Part shown: one piece after another, positions 37,637-49,430 of the stretch
Layout of the letters: every line of letters begins with the position of its first letter
Position numbering within the stretch: the stretch's first letter is position 1
NCBI GenBank assembly: GCA_036172245.1
Contig: JAYWIR010000019.1
Coordinates: 1,364,001-1,428,000, forward strand
Length of the DNA: 64,000 bases
Direction: 5' to 3'
Source: Raillietiella orientalis
Taxonomy: Eukaryota
Notes under the pieces: model-generated
The model's input: only the letters and a program-made list of their open reading frames with translations
Told to the model about the DNA's origin: nothing
Databases searched by the model: none
Position numbers and translations under genes: made by a program

Positions 37637-38860
37637 GACCTTAACGAAGCGAAATCCTTGCCGGGTTGCGTTCAGAGCCCAGTCCTGCCGGAGGCAAATT
37701 CGACTTCTTTCCATATATCTACCGCATCTCAATCAGCAGCAACTTTTTCTTATAAACGCGCGCGCGCACACACATGTGTATACACCCAGAAGATAACGTG
37801 AACCGCAAATAAAACAGCTACTTCTCCCTCTTGCACTCATACTCACCGATGCTGGCAAATACCCTTCTATGTCCCACCATTGCACAGGTCCGCCTACCAC
37901 AGGATGCACATCTTGCAAAAAAAAAAAATGGCCAACTTCCGTTCGTGCCACCCACTACCCCAAATCTCAAGATCATCACCGTTGCTAAATACCCATCAGT
38001 GGCTGCAGACGTCCATCCTCTCCCCATTTCAACACTGCCCTCAGAACGCGAGGAACCACAAGGAATTTGCTCTGCAGTGAGGTTTCGGAAGTCACGAACG
38101 TCCGAACGAGTGGCGGCTCGAGGCAAAAAAGTGGCGTTCCCGAAAAGCGCCGTGTGTTCCCGCCATCTCGTCTGCGGCACGCAAAAAGCAGATCATGTCG
38201 TCGGTAGAGAGAGAGAGAGGGAGAAAGAGAAAGACACCCATTAAAAGCAATAGAGATTCAGAAATTACAGAATCGATACATTTTTGCTACAACTTCTCGT
38301 TCCCGAGTTCTACCTGACTCCAATCACCGTGAATACCATCCCACCTCCCAAACACATAAAACGTGAGAAGCGTCCCAAATCAGTATCCTTGTGCCCGTTC
38401 CAAGCCGATTGTGTTGTAAAATACCATAAAACAGCCGTGATCATCAAGGATGCTGGCTTCATTATATTTGCGCTACACATTCTCTTCCTAACAACTGCTT
38501 TCCCCATGCCATCAGGACCAGTCCCCCACATAAAGGGATACGCAGCATCCGTGGCAGAAACAGATAAAATCATAGAGCCCGGCGATGTAGCGGCAGTGGC
38601 GGACGCGCTCCGGGCACGCGTGCATTTCCGATGATGACCTGGCTGGTACGTCTCGAGCAACGGCTCGAGCACTGAGCTGAGGAGACATTCTGGTGGCAGG
38701 GGAGCTTCCAGAAAACATCTTCTGCTTCCCCAGAGCTCCTTCCTCCTCTCAACATCAAGTTATCAACATTTGGGTGGCAGCTCCTCTGCCTTCAAAGCCC
38801 CTTCCGTATCCAGAGCTGCTTTCAACCGTTCTCTTGTGTTTTCCTTCCAGAGCGGTGTCC

Positions 38861-39076
38861 GAGGACGGTTCGTTATGCATCGGGAAGTCGGACCAAACGG
38901 AGACGGCACGCATGGGGGAAGCGAACGCGGCGTGGAGAGAAGAATCGAGAAGATTGCCAGATTCCCTTCGACCAGGAAGCCACCTTCCAAGTATTCGACC
39001 GGGAGGAGGCTCGCCTGGTTGCCGGTCGCTCGCTGAGGGTCCGTTCCCGGAGCAGCCATCTTGTCGCGGAGGCTGC
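38861..39076 (+). repeat. ~215 bp dispersed direct repeat, copy 2
   Basis: Diverged direct copy of 37411-37636. Confidence 0.9.
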
Positions 39077-39189
39077 AGGCGAGTTTGCTTTAAGTTTCGC
39101 GCTCCCAAACCCTCACCACCGCTGAGGATGAGAGCTCTCTGGAATTTTTTTTTTCTCTTTCCCTTCGAAATCTCTCCGTACATTTCCTG

Positions 39190-39272
39190 AGACGGGTTCG
39201 CAGTTCGGTTCTGGATTCGCTTGGCACCCCACGCGGAGACCACAGCCACGCGGCCGTCCACGCAAGCCGCCT
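39190..39272 (-). mobile_element. tRNA-derived SINE-like head, copy D (truncated)
   Basis: Minus strand ggacggccgcgtggctgtggtctccgcgtggggtgccaagcg matches the family head; the B-box is degenerate. Confidence 0.55.
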
Positions 39273-42200
39273 GGCTGTGGCCTCCGCATGCATCCGAGCA
39301 TCCCGCGGGAATCGTGCAAGAATGACCTGCATATTTGGGATGGAACTGCGTTTAACCTGCGGCTGTTCCGGCATCCCAAACGCAAGAGTGCGGCCCAACG
39401 AAAGATTCCACGGGGAATCGCTGCTGCGTCTCCCTTGGACACGGCGCTGGGGAGCATGAGGGAGTGCCGAGACTTCAAAAACAAGTGGCAGTGGCCGAGC
39501 CGAGCGGAGGCAGTGACGTCTTGCAAGCAGTAGCATTGGGAGAGCCATTCGCGGGCTTCCCAGCTCAAGGTTCGGACGTTCCTCTTCTGCTCCGGTATCA
39601 GTTGAGCTCCGCATCCTTCGAAGGAGGACTCTGCTCTGCTCTTCGAAGGGTAGGGGGAAGGAGTGGGAAACTGGCTGCGCATTCCCAGAAATGAAATTCC
39701 AGTTCCGCCGGCTGATCTTGAACTCGCGACGGAAGCAACCGGATGGGAAAGACGCAGCGGCTTGCTTCTGCCGCGCGTGAGCTGGAACCAGGGCGGGAGC
39801 GCCATGCGACGGGATCCAAGGGCGAAATCGAGCATTCCCCAGGACTCTCGGCGTCGGCAAGGTGCCTCGACATGACCTCGGTGTGGCCACCTCAGCACAT
39901 TGACTGACGGGCTCGAGATGCCGCCTAGTACGTGGCAGAGAGGAACGCAGTGGTTCCCTGCTTCCCAAAGGATTTGGGAACCACCATGCCAGGGACCACT
40001 TTCGAGCCGCCTCGGAAGAGGTTGTTGAAGCCATGTGAGGGAGGTTCCGTTGAAGTTCGAAGCTCGGGATTGATTTCTTTACGGCACACGAAGAAACCGG
40101 CGAGCGACGTCTCCAGCGCCTTCGTGTTCGCTAGCGCGATCGTTGGATGAGTCTCCAAATTCACCCAGAGCACCCCTTCAAAGACAGTTCTTTGATTACC
40201 ACATCAGGTGCCTCCGCGGGGATGCTCCGGAAACGACCAAAACCTTCACGCACCCATCCTCTTAGGAACATCCACCAAAGAGGTTTGGGTTGAAAGACGG
40301 AAACGAGAGACTGGAAACACTTCCGCAGGAGGTTATGAAACCACCGGCATTCGTGAGTTCCTTTGAGTCCACCAGGCATCCCTTCCTAGTGGCTCCAAGA
40401 ACCTCATCAATTTCCACATCCGCTCTGCTTTGGTCAAAGTGTAAGAAAGGAACTGTCATTAGCGATAGCTGGTCATAAGTTATCAACCGCTGTTCTAACC
40501 CTCTTGTAATTAATAGGATTTTCATCACTTGATCATTTTACTGATATTGCAATTTCATGATGCCGCGTAATTTCCCTACTATTCATCATTCCCGGCTAGG
40601 TTTTAGTGCAGCTTCCGGGTGGTTGTATTCATTTATGACACTGGGCTTCTTGCGGGAGTCCTGAGGAACATCCATGACATGAAATCGTGTTACATTGACC
40701 TTCGACTCGGAAAAATAGGTGACAGTTATATAGAGGACTCGTGCTGGATGCTGGAAACAGAGGAGCTTGTTTTCCCATTCACTGTTTGAAAGAATCTTCT
40801 ACCTAGAGGTTTCTTTTTCTTCCTTGAGAATTCGGTAACTTTTATGTTGATTTTTTTTTTAAAAAAAAAAAAAGAAAGAAAGAGAGAAAGGATGGAGAGG
40901 TTTCAATCAAAACCCACAGTCGCTTACGCTGTTCATATCTTCGAGCAGAAGGATGTGAACTTCTGTTTATGCATTTCTCGATCTTTCTAGGCGATGGGGT
41001 TGTTTTGCATACTTTCTTGTGGTGCACACCATAGAGTTGCAACGCGAAAACGCATAATATAATATGTAAGCGCACGAAAATGGATCCAAGGCAATTATAC
41101 AGAAATATACTCATGTACACATACATGTGTTTTTTAAGAACCATGTAGCTTATTAGCTCGTTGTCATCTTTCTCCTGAGTTCAACTGTCCAAACCAAGTC
41201 CAAAAAGAAAGCCATCATACCTTCTTTGGACCACTGACTCAAGAGGCAACGCTGCAAAGATATGATGATTTCCTTTTTTCTAAAAGACAAAAAAAATTTG
41301 ATGTGGGGATCCGTTAGTTTGAAAATATGAAAACCAGTCGTGAGCGGGGAGATGTGATGTGGGACTGTAGTGACGTCCGTGGTCCCTCCTGCATAGAGAG
41401 ATGCAGAATTCGTGCCCTTAGTCTTTGAACGAAAGTTCTGGGAGCGAAGAATCATGACTTGATTGGGGATTCTACGGGATCAGCTATTGGGATGGAAAAC
41501 TGGCGTGCCATTTCAATGAACCGATGGAGCAGAAATTTCTCCAAAGTTCTTCTCTTCGCTCACGCTGCTCAACTCACAAATAGGGCCATCTATTAGCCGA
41601 TAGCGCAATCATCTTAATCTTGTTCGGAGACCCCAAAGTTTTGCGTGCCTCAAATTCGCATTCGCCCATGATGGATGCACATCGCATTGCACCAGACACG
41701 ACCCACTGGAAGGAAGAATCGCGTTACTCCTATGGAACCGTTTCTTTGGGGGAAAAAAAAAAAGACAAAATTCTTAAGGGAAGAAAGAATGTTTTTCAGT
41801 AAAACTTTGAGCTTGAACACTTGAATGGAGTGTTTCCTGTGCAAAATTCCGGCGGAGACCACGGGGTCCCACTTTTGCTGCAGCTGGGATCGCCCACTGC
41901 CGCCCGCTCAATGTCCACTCCTATCCTGTTTCTTGAGAAAAGCATCCCCTAAGGGAGTGTTCGCGTGCTCCGCCAGTTCGTAATGTTTGCTCCTAGTTCC
42001 CATTGGATGTCATCATCTCATCTCGGACCGGCGAAGCTTTTCTCCTGTTGACCCTTCACCCCACCGCACGCCGGATCCTTCGACAGCTGAGCTTTGCTGC
42101 ACGTTCCCAGCGTTCACGGGAAATGCGACCCCTGGCCCTTCCCGCAGCGCGTGCGGGTTCACCACCCTCCCACAGATGGCTTTGCCACTCCTGCTTTGCC

Positions 42201-45200
42201 GATGACCTACATGTTCATCACCGATGGCTTAATGATCCTTCGTTTTCTTCCCTTCGAAGGCTGGCTTTCGTCTCCGACGGCTCCCTCATTTCCGCGTGTC
42301 CCGAGAGCTTGCGCGCCGGTCACGTCGGCAGCTCGTCTTCGAAGCCAGGGGCTCCTCTTCCCGCATCCAAACTTTTGGACGGCTCTTCCTGCCTCTTTCC
42401 AGGAAGAAAGGACGACCGTTCGTTCAGTTCCGCCGGGTGACTGCAGGAGCTGCTTGTTGCCCGGGCAGCAAGGCGGTTCTCGGAGGGAGATGCGCGCGCA
42501 GCTGCTCTCGCTTTGACCTGAGCGCCTCACCCGCATCTCGCCTGGAAAGAGGTCACCCCCTTCGAATGTCCGCACCCGCTGGCCTTGAAAGAAGTCCGTC
42601 GGCTCTATTGGTGATCTCATGGGGTGGAAAGGAAGGAGCGCCGATCCGAGGTCTCCGAGTCTGATCCTGATCTCCGAGCCGGTCCGGAAAATTCCCTGTG
42701 GCGTCCTCCTCCGCCAGAAGGGCGAGCCCCCCGGAGTCTCGCTTGCCTTGTTTCCTCCCCTTCGACCAATGCAGTGATCTTCCCCCACGTGGATCAGTGC
42801 GTTTCTCCGGCCGGATCTGGCACCGCTCGGGGGTACAAGAACGGTCACCCCCTTCGGGAAGGAAGCCGTCCGAAACGCTCGACAGAGCAAGGTCAGTCGC
42901 ATGCGGCCTCCAGCTGGCTCCCTGGGGGCTCTGGAACCCTCGGGATGAAGGAGTCCTGAGGACCCTTTGGTCGTGCTCAGCATCCAACATGGCTGTCCAT
43001 GTGTATCGGGCCATCCTCGCGATGAAGGGATCCCGTGGGATAATCGACGCCCGAGGAGAGCTGGTACCTTATCGGCGAGGATGCTTGAAAATGACACCAT
43101 GACCTCGTGCTGGCAAGAGAAGACGGGCACGCTGAGAAGCTGGTGAAGATCTTGCCTCCTTTGTTCTTCCGAGCGAGCCTCAGCATCCTCTGCTTCCCAC
43201 GACGGCTCCGGAAGCGGATGCGAGAGCTCGATCTGCCTGAAGGGTAGCTGCTGCCGACGTTCGTGGGCGAGACGAGACCCCGGACGGACTCAGGGGACGC
43301 GAGCGGGTCGCTCTCTCCGAACCGCCTCAGCCGGGACGCAGAACCGGGAGTCGAGTGTCCCTAGCGTCGAGGCGCGGCAGTCCACAGGTTCCGGCGGGGA
43401 CCTCACGCGGACACCCCCCTGCGGCCGGCCGAGCCGCCTTCCCGGCTCTCGCGACGGAGTTTCGCGCCAGACCGGGAGGAAATGGCCACGAGGGCCGAGT
43501 TGGCCGCCTCGGAGTGCAGCCGAGAGGAGGGGAGGGGGGAGAGGGGCGCCACAAGCGACTGCGCATGCACTGATCCCATTCGTGGAATCTCGAAAGTCCG
43601 TGCTCTTTTCTGATTGGTCAGCCTCGCTCGGGGGGCCGACGGACCCCCATTATCGGCCGAGGATCCGCAGTTCGATCCGCACGAGGGATTCCACCCCAGT
43701 GGGCAACGGGATCTGATTCCGGGGCGAGTCATCTCCACTTGGCCTCTCGGGCGGGCGCCTGGATGGACGTCCCTGGTGCCAGGGACTGGAAGCCCTTGGC
43801 GACAGGAAAGCTCCCAAGCGCCGCTCGGCCGGGGAGCTGAGGGGAAGGGAAAAAACGGATCGCCGCGAAAAGGCGGGGAAGGAAGGGGGGAAACGCGTCC
43901 GTCCTCCCGCTGGCAGGACGCGGGACGTTTGTGCCTGCGGAGACACCGGAAAAGGAGGAAGCCAGGACCCCCCTCCTCCTTCGACAGAGGGAGACCTCCG
44001 TCGGAGGTCTTATCGGAGCTGGCGCGGCACGTACGGGATCCGGAGCTCCGGTCGCAGATTTCCCTGGCGACGGGCAGGGAACCCAACGCGCGCGCGAGGG
44101 ACCTCCTTGGGAGTGGCGAGGAGGGGAGGAAGCTCCGAGGTCGGCCGCGAGGCCACGGCGCCACTGGCGGGAAGTGGAGAGGGGAAGGGGGGGGGGAAGA
44201 GTGATTCATAGCCACCAGCGAAGGGGGTCTATCGGGGGGGTTCGCGAAGTTTTCCCTCTCGTCAGGATATCCCGGATTTCCACGGGGAGGGGCGGTCGAG
44301 GCCAGGAAATCCGGGTCGCGGAGTCCGAGGAGGAGCGCCCCTGACGACGACGCAAGGCGACGTGTAAGAATCGCGCAAGGGGAGGGGGGTGGATCTCAAC
44401 TCCCCCCTCACGTTGCCGGCTTCGTCTCGGAAGGGAACTGCGCCTGCCAGTTCGCAGCCCCGACGTGCAACGGGCCGCGGAGCGTGGAGCCTTCCTCCGT
44501 CAGCATCTTCCCTTGGAAGGCCGTTGCTTACTCAACCTTTTGCTCGAGGATCTCAGAAATTCCCTCGGGCATCGTCTGGTGACCGCCGCCGGCCTCGCCG
44601 GCAGTTTTCTCTCAGATGCTCGTGGGAGGGTGCTGCGGGGCAAACAAATTTCCATGGACGATGCATCTTCTGCGGACGTCGCCTGCCCAGGATTCGCGTT
44701 CGTCACAGGAATCGCGGTTGGGAAGGGGAAGGACCTCCCGGTTTCCCACCTGCCTTTTCAAGGGAGGTCTCGGGAGGTCTTGGCGAGGTCGACGCTGCCC
44801 CGAGCTGGCCAGTTTGCAAGCGACCTCCGCGCCTCGGTCGCTCCAGGACCCACCCCCGCACGCCGGACCTTCCTCCCTCCTCCATCAGAGGGCGCCCGGC
44901 GCGCTGAACGGCGCGTAGATCACGCCCGGACTGGAAAATCGACCGTTCCCCGTTTGATTCCTCCTTTCCCGCGCAATTTACGAAGGGCGGGAAGAGGAGC
45001 GAGAGCGCTCGGGAGTTGCGCGGAATACCGCCCACGAACCCTTCCCGGAACTGACGCGCGCTTCTGTATTGGGGCGGACGGGAACAAATTCGAAGGGTTC
45101 CAGGGAGAAGGGGGGATTCGAATCGAAGGTTCGAATTTTAATTTCCAGGAGTGTAAATTTTTGGCGGCCGGCGCGACTCCGCACGCGCGGCTGCCGGGGA

Positions 45201-48200
45201 AGATCGTGGGGAGCTCCTTCCGGCCGTTTTCGATCGGAATGCGTCCCCCTCAGGAGACACCAACCAGATTTCCAGCACGCTCCCCTTCGAACCTCACGGG
45301 AGCTCCGTTTAGCCTTGGGAGGACGCCGTGCAAACCCTGCTCGCTTGGCTCGTGAGCACTCTTTCAGCACCAACGAGCTGAGCCGTTCCCCTGGGAGGAG
45401 TGCCATCCCCCCTCCCCTTGGGGCAAAATGGGAAAGCTGAGCGAAAACGCATCCCTCCAGCTTCCTTGAGGCCAAGGTGATGATGTTTCGGTCTGCGTGC
45501 AAGTTCGGCAAGTTCTTGCGCGCCCGGAATGCACAGACCCACGGCCCGATCCGCCGCGATGCGCCTTCCGGAAGACTGCAGAGGCGTCTCGCCTCGACTC
45601 AGAGTGTCCTCTCCAGCGCCACGGCCCTATCCCGCGCCTTCGCCGCTTCGGCGCCGCCCATCATCAGCAATGGATTGGGTAACCCAGTTCAAAATGAAAT
45701 CATTACAGTGCAACAATGGCGGCGAAAAGTAACAATGGATTCATCAAGTCAGCAACAATGGAAAGCGCATCGGAAAGTAACAGTAGCTTCATCGGAGCAG
45801 CGACGAAATAACCCTCAATGAAATGGGGAGGAAACACCTCGGCATGGAACCACGGAAAGCACTTTGCAAAAATGAATGCCAGAGTTGTAGTCATCCCAGG
45901 AGCGAATCCCTGCGGGATCACCGGAGAATCCCGTTTTTTCCCCTAAGCTGTCGTTAGGGTTCCTCCCATTTCAACGACTTTTTTGTTTTCTGTTGTTGCT
46001 GTTTTTTCGAGGAGGGGGAGGGGAGAGAGAGGGGCAGAGCCTCTTTTCTAATTGAAAACAACGCAAATAGCACAGAAAGGCGAGGCGGTTTCTGCATCAA
46101 CCGTCTGCATCGTGCAGGAGGACCAGGGCTTCGTGAGCTCGTTTGAGCACGACCATCCCTGCTGAAGAGAGCTCGGGTTCCCCTGCTCTCACGAAGACCG
46201 GAGCGTCCAGAGAGCAGCTCCTTCGCGGGAAGACCTTCCTCCGCGTCCGTGGGAGGGTGGACGGCGACTCCCAGGCTCCGCAGGAGGACTGGCGGCTTCC
46301 AATCTGGTGCTCTGGCGGAACAGCAGCGGCAGTTGCGCCCCCCTCCCTTCCGCCTCTTCGCCCCCTGGCTCTGCCGAGGGAACCTTCCGCCGGCAAGAGG
46401 ACAGCCGCGGTGCAGGAATTGTGGCTTTGCCTGCCGACTGTCTCCCGTGGCAGCCGCCGACATGTTCGCGCCCATCCCTCCCGACAAGCGCCTCAAGCTG
46501 GAGAGAGGCCGGTGGAGGGGCATCGGTATGTCCCTGCCTCCTGACCTGACCCCACCTCTCCTGCTCACGGTGCGGGTGGAGGAGGACTGTGAGGTTTACG
46601 CGCCTCGTCGCGGAATCTTTGCGGATCCAGGGGGAGCGGAATGGGGCCTCGCGGAGCTTTGGAGACGCGACATGGAAGCACACCGCTTAGCCCCACCCCC
46701 ACCCTTCGCATCCCCTTGCAGCTGCTCTCCATCCTCCCGACCGCAGCATGGACCTGACGTCACGGCGGCGAGGAAGCGGTGCAGAGGGAGGCGCCGTCAG
46801 GTAACGTCCCCCATGCAGGTTTCCAGGGAAACTAGCTTGCCTGCCTGCCGTCCTCCCTCCTGAACGTCCGCGCGGCCTGCGGCAGGCCGGAAGCCTCGCG
46901 AGAGCGACCACAGAATCTACTCACCCTGTTGGACCCGCGGTGGTCCGGGAGGTGTGGGGCCTGATTCCTGGAGGAGTCCGGAACCGGGGAGAAGGGTCGC
47001 AGGGGGAGCGGCGCTTCGCCCGCGTTGCCCTGGAAGGCGGAGAGGAGGAAGGGGGCCAGCAGGGAGCGGAGGGGGTCGGAAGCACTGGCGCTCCTCAGCC
47101 CGCGGAAGCTGCGAGTCCCCGGGCGCGCGCGAGCGGCAGAGTGGCCGCCTCGGGACCTTCGCGGCGACGGACGGCGCCGTCCGCGTGCGCGCAGGCCCGA
47201 GGAGGCCCGCATCGATTCAGCGGGAGGGGGACTCTCACCTGCTCCCGCCGGGGCGGTTATCTATAGAAGCAATAAATAAAAAAATAAAAATAAAAAAAGG
47301 GGCACGCGCGGAAGTGCTATTTTGCCTGAGGCGCTCCCGCACCAGAGCAGGGAAGCGCAGTCAGGGGAAGGGCCACTTTCCCCGCGCCAAGCATCGCCCC
47401 CGGCTCCTCGGTCACTCCTTCCTGATCCCTGACCTCCCGAACCTACTGCCGCGCGCGCGCGGGATCGAAATTGCCCAGGAGACTCCCGGCAGAGCGCGTT
47501 CCCTCCTGGACTGCCCCGGCCACCAGCACCGAGGGGTCGACCCGAGCAACAAGCAGGCACTACCCAGTGCGGTGCCGGGCCGAACGCTATCCGCCCACGC
47601 GGGGGAGTCGGTCGGCAGCCCCGAAAGAGGCTCCACTAAGGAAAAGGGGCCGGGAACGAGGAGCCGTCTGCCCTCTCGCGCCGGCAGGGAGTTCTCGCCC
47701 TGAGGCGAACATTTCATAAAGAGGAATGTCCCACCGAGCGGGTGGTTCCTTGGGAAGCAAAGAGGGGGGGACTGCCGATGCGGTTGGAGGGGTGTGGGGG
47801 TAAGAGAAAAGGGAGCAATCAGCAGTATCAGGTGCCCTCCCGGATCGCTGCCCGTTCCGCTGGTTCCCTGCATGCCTCGCAGGATGTCAGGGAGCTCCCT
47901 CTCCAGCAACACGCTCGCATCCGGCCGCGACCTGCAGGAACCGGGGGGCTGAGATGGCGACCGCTGCGCTCCCGGCCCGCCCCTCAGAGGTCCGACGCGC
48001 GGAACAAAGGAGGATCTACGGCTGCCTTTTGGAGGTCGTCCGCCAGGATGGAAACGGAAGGGACATTCCTGGAGCGCCCAGATGGCACGGCAACGTCCCA
48101 GCCGCCTGGCGCAGAAAGACGCGCTGAGGAGCCCGGACCAGTGAGAGGAGGGAGAGGAAGAAGGGGAACTGCCTCGCTGCTGTCGGGTGACCTGAGATCA

Positions 48201-49149
48201 CGGCAGTCAAGACGGGAAAAGTAAGAATGGCTTCTTCGCAGGAAGGGGGGTGGCCCACGGGCGTTGAGCTCTGGGAATCTGCCAGCTGCCTCATCGCTGG
48301 TCGTGTCCTGCCCCCCGAAGGCAGCATCAGTGGCGGGCAGGCAGGAAAGAGGCTCTCCGAAGACTCTTCAATCATCACCGCTGCTCTCCGACCCGAGATG
48401 GGTTGCACAAATCCGAAGATGATGGAAAATGTGTCCGGCCACACGGAGAGACCAGTGGCTGCGCACCTTATTGCTGCTCACTCCCGACGCGCGGTCGAGA
48501 GGCCTCGTGTGGCCCGAGGCTCGTTCAGAGGCGACCCGACGTCAGGACGCTGAGGTCGGAGTGTTCGGGAGGGAGGAGTCGTGGCCGCGAGTTCCGAAGA
48601 CTGAGAAACCAGCAGCGGCACCTCCTGGAAAGCCGTTCCCTAAAACGTGCAGTCTCCCGAAGACTTCCGATAGGGAACCGACTGCATCCTTCTTTCGGAG
48701 CAGCGCGTCCTGTGGTCTTCACCTGCTCCAGGTTTTCAACTTGATGCTCGTCCGGCCTCAAGGTAACCACCGGTTCTTCCGACCGTGGCGGGAGCGGGAG
48801 GCGGAACGGAGACCTCGATGTGCATGTCACTCCGGAAACCGTGTGGGAGAAGTCCCCCAGAGTCCCCCCTTCGAGTTGATACAGGACGGGAACCGCACTC
48901 GAGTATCTTCAGTGTCCTGGGATCCAGCACTGCACCCGGCTCGTTTCATCTGGGCAGCGGCGACAGCCAGCCGGGTTTCCAAGCGACGCTATGGTCCTCT
49001 GCAGACGGGGGAAGGGAGGCGGTAGCCCCGCGGTGCGACAGGTCCTCAATCGCTTACTGGGGTAAGAGAGACGGGCATTCCTGCTTCCTCGAAACCGTTG
49101 CCGGATAGAGCCCCTGCGGCGATGGCCTCCCGGAGGAGTGCACCTCCTT

Positions 49150-49430
49150 CCGCCCCATGAACTCGAATGCATGGCGACAGGAGGGGACGGTCGGCACCTT
49201 GGCGAAGGTTCCAGGGGTGCTCAGGGAGGAACCTCGCCGTCTCCGCGCCCCTTCCAGGGAACAAATGGGTCCGTGCACCCGTGGAGTTTCCCCACGTCAG
49301 CTACTGCAGGAGAAACTCCCCGGGGCTGGCTCAGGATCGCGGATGTGACCGACCTCACTGGCGAAGGAACGGCAGCCTTGCTGGAAGGCGTGGCCACCAC
49401 TCTGAGGAGCCGTGGGAAGGACTTCTGCTC
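49150..49430 (+). mobile_element. Decayed hAT transposase fragment (DUF4371/ZMYM1-like family)
   Basis: SREQMGPCTRGVSPRQLLQEKLPG, then frameshifted IADVTDLTGEGTAALL...LRSRGKD. This matches the hAT pattern S..EQMS.C.RYV....I.E.FLGF..V.D.TGE.LA......RGQGYD. Confidence 0.55.
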
